This document shows positions 1 through 5,679 of a stretch of 5,679 nucleotides of DNA, piece by piece. Below the pieces are notes generated by a model. It saw only the letters and a list, made by a program, of their open reading frames with translations, searched no databases and was not told the DNA's origin. The stretch is from IMG/VR virus record IMGVR_UViG_3300000357_000115; one strand, given 5' to 3'. The DNA comes from a virus (taxonomy: Duplodnaviria; Heunggongvirae; Uroviricota; Caudoviricetes). Positions within the stretch are counted from its first letter, which is position 1. Every line of letters starts with the position of its first letter. Made by a program: the position numbers and the translations under genes.

Positions 1-988
1 TGGACAAAATTACCGGAAAAACGCCGGTGGCGGCCTATGTCTCCCCGATCGTTGAAGGAAAAGTGCTTCGCCATCGCGGTGGTGAAACCCGCGTGTTACG
101 TCCGGGCTACGTCAAGCCCAAACACGAATTTAATTACCAGCAGGCGGTTGAGCTCCTTCCTGGTGAAGATCCGGCTCAGCTGAACGACCCGGCCTACCGT
201 CGTCTGCGTATCATTACCGATAACCTCAAACAGGAAGAGCACGCCATTGTCCAGGTGGAAGAAATGCAGGCGGTGAATGCCGTGCTGTATGGCAAATACA
301 CCATGGAAGGGGATCAGTTTGATACTGNNNNNNNNNNNNNNNNNNNNNNNNNNNNNNNNNNNNNNNNNNNNNNNNNNNNNNNNNNNNNNNNNNNNNNNNN
401 NNNNNNNNNNNNNNNNNNNNCGGGCGCTCTGAAGGAAATAACATTGAGCAGGCTGACGGTAAAAAATGGTCTGAGCAGGACCGTGATACGTTTGATCCGA
501 CGCATGATATTGACCTCTACTGCGATCAGGCCAGCGGCCTTGTGAATATCGCCATTATGGACGGTACGGTCTGGCGTCTGCTGAATGGCTTTAAGCTGTT
601 CCGCGAAAAACTGGATACCCGTCGCGGCTCAAATTCACAACTCGAAACGGCAGTGAAAGACCTGGGGGCGGTGGTGTCCTTCAAGGGGTATTACGGCGAT
701 CTGGCCATTGTGGTGGCGAAAACGTCTTATGTGGCAGAGGACGGTACCGAAAAACGTTATCTGCCGGAGGGCACACTGGTCCTGGGGAATACGGCAGCAG
801 AGGGCATTCGTTGCTATGGTGCCATTCAGGATGCGCAGGCGTTGTCCGAAGGTGTGGTGGCCTCTTCCCGTTATCCGAAACACTGGCTGACTGTGGGCGA
901 TCCGGCCCGTGAATTCACCATGACGCAGTCCGCACCGCTGATGGTGCTGCCGGATCCGGATGAGTTTGTGGTGGTACAGGTGAAATAA
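1..988 (+). CDS. E: Major capsid protein, lambda gpE-like (5'-partial; continues upstream of window; interrupted by N gap 328-420 with apparent frame change)
   Basis: Translation from position 3 (frame of ORF 27..545) gives DKITGKTPVAAYVSPIVEGKV...GYVKPKHE...DPAYRRLRII...VEEMQAVNAVLYGKYTM, and after the gap (frame of ORF 542..988, readable from 422) GRSEGNNIEQ...FREKLDTRRGSNSQLETAVKDLG...RYPKHWLTVGDPAREFTMTQSAPLMVLPDPDEFVVVQVK, ending at TAA 986-988. These motifs match my recollection of lambda gpE nearly residue for residue. GTG at 27 is internal, not the start. Confidence 0.9.
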
Positions 989-995
989 TCCGTGA

Positions 996-1026
996 GCGGG
1001 GGCGAAATGCCCCCGTGTCTTTTTTC
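996..1026 (+). terminator. Candidate intrinsic terminator/attenuator hairpin in the E-FI intergenic region
   Basis: Read directly: GCGGGGGC (996-1003), loop GAAAT (1004-1008), GCCCCCGT (1009-1016) gives 7 G:C/C:G pairs plus a terminal G:U, followed by TGTCTTTTTTC with six consecutive T at 1020-1025. It sits 8 nt after the E stop and immediately before the FI RBS (AGGAGG 1029-1034). Confidence 0.5.
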
Positions 1027-1039
1027 ACAGGAGGCTGAG

Positions 1040-1423
1040 ATGGCAACAAAAGAAGAAAATCTGAATCGTCTTCGTCAACTGGCTGGCCTGCTGGGGCGCG
1101 AGGCGGATATGTCGGGGAGTGCTGCGGATATTGCTCAACGTGTGTCTGAGTGGGAAGAGGAGCTTGCTGTTTCCCCGGAGGGCATTATGCACTCTGATGA
1201 GAGCGGGGCTGATCAAAATCACACAGACGATGGTGAGCAGTTGCACAACACTGATGCTACGGATGATGTTAAAGCGGTCCGTGTGCGGAAATGCCTGCAT
1301 GTGATGGGGTATTGCCCGGAGACAGGCCGTCCCGTTGAACTGACGTACCGGGGCATGCGTGTTATGGTGCCATCACCACTGGCGACAGCCATGATACAGC
1401 ACGGAACGGCTGAGCATGCGTGA
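1040..1423 (+). CDS. FI: DNA-packaging / head completion protein, lambda gpFI-like (127 aa)
   Basis: ATG at 1040 is preceded by AGGAGG (1029-1034) at 5 nt spacing; stop TGA 1421-1423. Position between E and FII, size (lambda FI is about 132 aa) and an acidic central linker (SDESGADQNHTDDGEQLHNTDATDD) fit gpFI. The track's upstream GTG start at 992 lies inside the hairpin and lacks an RBS, so it is disfavoured. Confidence 0.75.
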   Translation: MATKEENLNRLRQLAGLLGREADMSGSAADIAQRVSEWEEELAVSPEGIMHSDESGADQNHTDDGEQLHNTDATDDVKAVRVRKCLHVMGYCPETGRPVELTYRGMRVMVPSPLATAMIQHGTAEHA

Positions 1424-1769
1424 TTTTCAGAATGCCTTTGATGCTGCCCTTGCCGGGGTGGACAGCACGATTGTTGAAGTGATGGGGCTCTGTGCGCAGT
1501 TCACCTCGGGAGCACAGCGTGGAAGCGAAGTTCAGGGGGTTTTTGACGATCCGGAGTCGCTGGGTTTTGCCGGTGGCGGGGTCCGTATTGAAGGAAGCAG
1601 CCCGTCATTATTTGTGCGGACGGATACGGTGCGTGCCGTGCGGCGTGGTGACACGCTGACCATTAACGGCGAGATGTTCTGGGTGGATCGTGTTTCTCCG
1701 GATGACGGGGGCAGCTGTTATCTCTGGCTCAACCGTGGGCAACCACCCGCTGTTAACCGGCGACGATAA
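1416..1769 (+). CDS. FII: Head-tail joining protein, lambda gpFII-like (117 aa)
   Basis: Protein MRDFQNAFDAALAGVD...GVFDDPESLGFAGGGVRIEGSSPSLFVRTDTVRAVRRGDTLTINGEMFWVDRVSPDDGGSCYLWLNRGQPPAVNRRR matches lambda gpFII closely as I recall it, including the identical length of 117 aa and the C-terminal PPAVNRRR. The start ATG 1416 overlaps the FI stop (ATGCGTGA, 8-nt overlap). Confidence 0.9.
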   Translation: MRDFQNAFDAALAGVDSTIVEVMGLCAQFTSGAQRGSEVQGVFDDPESLGFAGGGVRIEGSSPSLFVRTDTVRAVRRGDTLTINGEMFWVDRVSPDDGGSCYLWLNRGQPPAVNRRR

Positions 1770-1784
1770 ACGCAGGGTGAAATT

Positions 1785-2482
1785 ATGGCGATAAAAGGGC
1801 TTGATCAGGCGATTGATAATCTGAGCCGGGTTCGTAAAAACGCCATTCNNNNNNNNNNNNNNNNNNNNNNNNNNNNNNNNNNNNNNNNNNNNNNNNNNNN
1901 NNNNNNNNNNNNNNNNNNNNNNNNNNNNNNNNNNNNNNNNNNNNNNNNNNNNNNNNNNNNNNNNNAACGGCGATTAATCAGTCTTCATCACAGGTTGCCC
2001 GGGAGACAAAGGTACGCCGGAAACTGGTAAAGGAACGGTCCAGACTGAAACGGGCGACGGTCAGAAATCCGAACGCAAAAATTATCGTTAACCGCGGTGA
2101 TCTTCCAGTGATTAAGCTGGGGATCAGGATGCTGGGCCGTCGTCCGAACAGCATACTTAAAGCCGGTCAGCATCGGTATCAGCGGGCATTCATTCAGCNN
2201 NNNNNNNNNNNNNNNNNNNNNNNNNNNNNNNNNNNNNNNNNNNNNNNNNNNNNNNNNNNNNNNNNNNNNNNNNNNNNNNNNNNNTTAAAAAACGGTCGCT
2301 GGCATGTCATGCAGCGTGTGGCCGGGAAAAACCGTTACCCTATTGATGTGGTGAAAATCCCGATGGCGGCCCCACTGAAACAGGCGTTTGATGAGAATGT
2401 TGACCGTATCCGGTGTGAACGCCTGCCCGGAGAACTGGCATCCGCGCTGAAACAACAACTGAGGATTGCGATAAAACGATGA
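1785..2482 (+). CDS. Z: Tail completion protein, lambda gpZ-like (interrupted by N gaps 1849-1965 and 2199-2284; frame changes across the first gap)
   Basis: N-terminus MAIKGLDQAIDNLSRVRKNAI (ATG 1785, upstream AGGGTGA). Between the gaps, the frame starting at 1967 reads TAINQSSSQVARETKVRRKLVKERSRLKRATVRNPNAKIIVNRGDLPVIKLG... After the second gap: LKNGRWHVMQRVAGKNRYPIDVVKIPMAAPL...LRIAIKR, stop TGA 2480-2482. All three segments match my recollection of lambda gpZ. Confidence 0.85.
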
Positions 2483-2874
2483 AACACACTGACATTCGTG
2501 CCGCAGTGCTGGATGCACTCGAGCAGCATGAACACGGGGCGACGCTGTTTGATGGTCGCCCCGTTGTTTTTGACGAAGAGGATTTTCCTGCGATCGCGGT
2601 TTATCTGACGGATGCAGAGTATACCGGTGAAGAGCTGGATGCAGATACCTGGCGGGCCACGCTGCATATTGAGGTGTTTTTACCGGCACAGGTACCGGAT
2701 TCAGAGCTTGATCAGTGGATGGAAAGCCGGATTTACCCGGCGATGACCGCGATCCCGGCACTGGCAGGACTGATTACCACGATGGTTACGCAGGGCTATG
2801 AGTATCGTCGTGATGACGATATGGCGTTATGGAGTTCTGCAGATCTGACTTATTCCATTACATACGAGATGTGA
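2479..2874 (+). CDS. U: Tail terminator protein, lambda gpU-like (131 aa)
   Basis: Protein [131 protein letters not shown] is near-identical in length and sequence to lambda gpU as I recall it. The start overlaps the Z stop in an ATGA arrangement (2479-2482). Confidence 0.92.
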   Translation: MKHTDIRAAVLDALEQHEHGATLFDGRPVVFDEEDFPAIAVYLTDAEYTGEELDADTWRATLHIEVFLPAQVPDSELDQWMESRIYPAMTAIPALAGLITTMVTQGYEYRRDDDMALWSSADLTYSITYEM

Positions 2875-2881
2875 GGACGAT

Positions 2882-3800
2882 ATGGCAACACCAAATCCCC
2901 TTGAGCCGGTAAAAGGTGCCGGTACCACTCTGTGGGTTTACAACGGCAAGGCTGATGCTTATGCAAACCCGTTGTCAGACGATGGCTGGCAGCGACTGGC
3001 TAAGGTGAAGGATCTGACGCCGGGCGAGATGACGGCTGAACCCTANNNNNNNNNNNNNNNNNNNNNNNNNNNNNNNNNNNNNNNNNNNNNNNNNNNNNNN
3101 NNNNNNNNNNNNNNNNNNNNNNNNNNNNNNNNNNNNNNNNNNNNNNGGATGATGAAGACGCGGACTGGACCGCGACCGGGCAGGGACAGAAATCTGCAGG
3201 TGATACCAGTTTTACGCTGGCCTGGAAACCGGGAGAGGAAGGTCAGAAAGGGCTTATAGGCTGGTTTGAAAGCGGCGANNNNNNNNNNNNNNNNNNNNNN
3301 NNNNNNNNNNNNNNNNNNNNNNNNNNNNNNNNNNNNNNNNNNNNNNNNNNNNNNNNNNNNNNNNNNNNNNNGCCTATAAAATCCGTTTTCCGAATGGCAC
3401 GGTGGATGTGTTTCGTGGCTGGGTCAGCAGTATCGGTAAGGCCGTGACGGCGAAAGAAGTGATCACCCGCACGGTGAAAGTCACTAACGTGGGTAAACCT
3501 TCTGTAGCGGAAGAACGCAGCAAAATTACGCCGGTCACTGCGATTAAGGTAACGCCGACAGGTACGGTTGAAAAAGGGAAAACAACCACCCTGACCGTTA
3601 CTGTGGAACCGGAAAATGCAACGGATAAGACATTCAGGGCGATTTCCGCCGATCCATCAAAAGCCACCATTAGCGTGAAAGATATGACGATTACTGTGAC
3701 GGGGGTTAAGGATGGAAAAGTCAGCATCCCTGTGATTTCCGGTAATGGTCAGTTTGCTGCGGTGGCTGAAATTACCGTTAATAATGTGCCGGGTGGCTAA
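2882..3800 (+). CDS. V: Major tail tube protein, lambda gpV-like, with C-terminal Ig-like (Big_2-type) domain (interrupted by N gaps 3046-3146 and 3279-3371; frame changes across both)
   Basis: ATG 2882 preceded by GAGGA. N-terminus [53 protein letters not shown]; middle segment (frame from 3148) [44 protein letters not shown]; C-terminal segment (from 3372) [44 protein letters not shown]...[17 protein letters not shown], stop TAA 3798-3800. All match my recollection of lambda gpV. Confidence 0.92.
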
Positions 3801-3818
3801 AGAGCTGAGAGATAAGCG

Positions 3819-4250
3819 ATGTTCCTGAAAACAGAACAATTTGAATATAACGGTGTATCCGTCACGCTTTCTGAGCTGTCTGCGCTGCAGCGTATTGAGC
3901 ATCTTGCCCTCCTGAAACGGCGGGCAGAAGAGGCTGAAGCCAGCGGCAACCTGCAGGTGAGTGTGGAAGATCTTGTCAGAACCGGCGCGTTTCTGGTGGC
4001 GATGTCCCTGTGGCATAACCATCCACAGAAAACGCAGTCACCGTCAATGAATGAGGCCGTGATGAAGATAGAGCAGGAAGTGCTCACCACCTGGCCTGCC
4101 GATGCCATTGCCCGGGCGGAAGACGTGGTGTTGTGCCTGTCCGGGATGATCGAAGCTGTTCGTCCGGATACTGATATTACTGAAGTGGCGAAAAATAACA
4201 CGCTGACTGATGATGATTTTTCTGCGGGAAAGTCTTCGACGGCGAGCTGA
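3819..4250 (+). CDS. G: Tail assembly chaperone, lambda gpG-like (143 aa)
   Basis: Protein MFLKTEQFEYNGVSVTLSELSALQRIEHLALLKRRAEEAEASGN...GAFLVAMSLWHNHPQKTQSPSMNEAVMKIEQEVLTTWP...SAGKSSTAS matches lambda gpG as I recall it. It ends at TGA 4248-4250, shortly after the slippery heptamer. Confidence 0.92.
   Translation: MFLKTEQFEYNGVSVTLSELSALQRIEHLALLKRRAEEAEASGNLQVSVEDLVRTGAFLVAMSLWHNHPQKTQSPSMNEAVMKIEQEVLTTWPADAIARAEDVVLCLSGMIEAVRPDTDITEVAKNNTLTDDDFSAGKSSTAS
4226..4232 (+). other. Programmed -1 ribosomal frameshift slippery heptamer G GGA AAG (G to G-T fusion)
   Basis: In the G frame the codons are GCG GGA AAG (A-G-K), so the heptamer G_GGA_AAG is in the canonical X_XXY_YYZ register at 4226-4232, 16 nt before the G stop. 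The -1 frame from here reads GKVFDGELNFALRLAREMGRPDWRAMLAGM..., which is the gpT reading frame. Confidence 0.85.
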
Positions 4251-4644
4251 ACTTTGCCCTCAGACTGGCGCGTGAGATGGGGAGACCCGACTGGCGCGCC
4301 ATGCTTGCCGGGATGACATCCACCGAATATGCCGACTGGCACCGTTTTTACCGCACGCATTATTTTCAGGATACCCAGCTGGATATGCATTTTTCCGGGC
4401 TGACGTACGCTGTACTCAGCCTGTTTTTTTGCGATCCGGATATGCATCCCTCTGATTTCAGTCTGCTTGTCCCCCGGCATGAGGAAGAACAGGTGGAGAG
4501 GCCGGATGAGGACAAAATGCTGATGCAGAAAGCGGCAGGACTTGCCGGAGGCGTCCGGTTCGGTGGGGACGGAGGGCGCGATATTTTATCGTCTGCGGAT
4601 GTGGCGGATGTCATGGTGGATGATGCCGCATTAATGATGGCTTC
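4226..4644 (+). CDS. T: Tail assembly chaperone gpT-like -1 frame extension, expressed only as G-T fusion (3' end lost in N gap 4645-4752)
   Basis: The -1 frame continuing from the slippery site encodes ...LNFALRLAREMGRPDWRAMLAGMTSTEYADWHRFYRTHYFQDTQLDMHFSGLTYAVLSLFFCDPDMHPSDFSLL...LMQKAAGLAGGVRFG...DVADVMVDDAALMMA, matching my recollection of lambda gpT. No RBS or independent start is needed; the ATG at 4277 used in the ORF track is internal. The stop is not visible because of the gap. Confidence 0.8.
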
Positions 4645-4753
4645 NNNNNNNNNNNNNNNNNNNNNNNNNNNNNNNNNNNNNNNNNNNNNNNNNNNNNNNN
4701 NNNNNNNNNNNNNNNNNNNNNNNNNNNNNNNNNNNNNNNNNNNNNNNNNNNNT

Positions 4754-5679
4754 ATGTCCCAGCCGGTTGGTGATCTTGTTATTGACCTTAGTCTGGATGC
4801 TGTCCGTTTCGATGAGCAGATGAGCCGGGTAAGGCGTCATTTTTCAGGTCTGGATACCGACGCCAGAAAAACCGCCAGTGCTGTTGAACAGGGCCTGAGC
4901 CGCCAGGCGCTGGCTGCACAAAAAGCAGGGATTTCCGTCGGGCAGTATAAAGCGGCCATGCGAACCCTGCCCGCACAGTTTACGGATATCGCCACGCAGC
5001 TTGCCGGTGGTCAGAATCCCTGGCTGATCCTGCTGCAACAAGGCGGTCAGGTGAAGGACTCCTTCGGCGGGATGATCCCCATGTTCAGGGGGCTTGCCGG
5101 TGCGATCACCCTGCCGATGGTCGGGGTCACCTCGCTGGCGGTGGCGACAGGTGCGCTGGTGTACGCCTGGTACCAGGGAGATTCCACGCTTTCAGCGTTT
5201 AATAAAACCCTGGTTCTTTCCGGTAATCAGTCCGGACTGACTGCCGATCGCATGCTGACGCTCTCCAGAGCCGGACAGGCCGCAGGGCTGACGTTTAACC
5301 AGGCGAGTGAGTCACTGGCAGCCATGGTGAATGCCGGTGTGCGTGGTGGTGAACAGTTTGATGCCATCAACCAGAGTGTCGCGCGTTTTGCTTCTGCATC
5401 CGGTGTGGAGGTGGACAAGGTTGCAGAGGCTTTNNNNNNNNNNNNNNNNNNNNNNNNNNNNNNNNNNNNNNNNNNNNNNNNNNNNNNNNNNNNNNNNNNN
5501 NNNNNNNNNNNNNNNNNNNNNNNNNNNNNNNNNNNNNNNNNNNNNNNNNNNNNNNNNNNNNNNNNNNNNNNNNNNNNNNNNNNNNNNNNNNNNNNNNNNN
5601 NNNNNNNNNNNNNNNNNNNNNNNNACCGGGGCATTGCAGGCGGCGAACGAGGCCGCAACGAAAGGGTTTGATGACCAGA
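4754..5679 (+). CDS. H: Tail tape measure protein, lambda gpH-like (3'-partial; continues beyond window; N gap 5434-5624 with frame change)
   Basis: ATG 4754 gives MSQPVGDLVIDLSLDAVRFDEQMSRVRRHFSG...QKAGISVGQYKAAMRTLPAQFTDIATQLAGGQNPWLILLQQGGQVKDSFGGMIPMFRGLAGAITLPMVGVTSLAVATGALVYAWYQGDSTLSAFNKTLVLSGNQSGLTADRMLTLSRAGQAAGLTFNQ...GVEVDKVAEAF. After the gap (frame from 5625): TGALQAANEAATKGFDDQ. Both segments match the lambda gpH N-terminal region as I recall it. Confidence 0.9.

Noticed and set aside
27-545. GTG 27 as the start of an independent 172-aa gene
   Set aside because: The reading frame is open from the window edge and upstream residues (DKITGKTPV) continue the gpE alignment, so this is internal to E. 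The C-terminal 40 residues of the track ORF, after the N gap, are out of frame.
992-1039. Upstream GTG start (992) for FI proposed by the ORF track
   Set aside because: That extension would translate through the terminator-like hairpin and has no RBS, whereas ATG 1040 has a perfect AGGAGG at 5-nt spacing and gives a protein of about lambda FI size.
708-1304. Short alternate-frame ORFs within E and FI (708..890 +, 635..883 -, 1025..1300 -, 1119..1304 +)
   Set aside because: These are small ORFs nested in other frames of well-supported genes, with no RBS or conservation signal. They are consistent with chance.
2285-2761. Minus-strand ORFs (158 aa and 110 aa) overlapping Z and U
   Set aside because: They are antisense to the conserved Z and U coding sequences; their length comes from stop-codon depletion opposite a coding frame. 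There is no supporting signal.
3797-4480. Long minus-strand ORF (227 aa) overlapping G and T
   Set aside because: It lies entirely antisense to two strongly supported + strand genes, with no recognisable RBS or start context and a Ser/Arg/Ala-rich translation typical of antisense shadow ORFs in GC-rich coding DNA. It is most likely spurious.
328-5624. N runs as possible repeats or a CRISPR-like periodic array
   Set aside because: The N runs are masked or unknown bases of irregular length and spacing, not sequence repeats. No direct repeats with spacers are visible in the unmasked sequence.
4366-5658. Minus-strand ORFs over T and H (4366..4614, 4631..4840, 4788..4976, 4844..5041, 5227..5658)
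   Set aside because: They are antisense to the gpT and gpH coding sequence; several are made mostly of masked N codons. There is no independent support.
4277-5671. Single 464-aa ORF in the track spanning T and H
   Set aside because: This is an artefact of the N gap 4645-4752 hiding the T stop and T/H junction. The upstream part is the gpT frame, reached only by -1 frameshift from G, and the downstream part is gpH starting at ATG 4754. The track's C-terminal residues after gap 5434-5624 are in the wrong frame; the correct frame reads TGALQAANEAATKGFDDQ.

Overview
This window is a collinear lambda-like (lambdoid Siphoviridae-type) head-completion and tail morphogenesis module, all on the + strand: 3' part of major capsid gene E, then FI, FII, Z, U, V, G, the G-T -1 frameshift extension, and the 5' part of tape-measure gene H. 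Assignments rest on my recollection of phage lambda protein sequences, gene order, protein sizes and junction architecture; no database search was run. Seven N-masked gaps (328-420, 1849-1965, 2199-2284, 3046-3146, 3279-3371, 4645-4752, 5434-5624) interrupt E, Z, V, T/H and H, and most change reading frame, so the six-frame ORF track splits real genes and all gene lengths spanning gaps are approximate. I see no CRISPR array, tRNA/rRNA, transposase or integrase, and no convincing evidence of a novel system in the visible sequence. The most notable non-coding signals are a conserved G GGA AAG slippery heptamer at the G/T junction and a GC-rich hairpin plus T-tract between E and FI. All minus-strand ORFs appear to be antisense shadows of the + strand genes.
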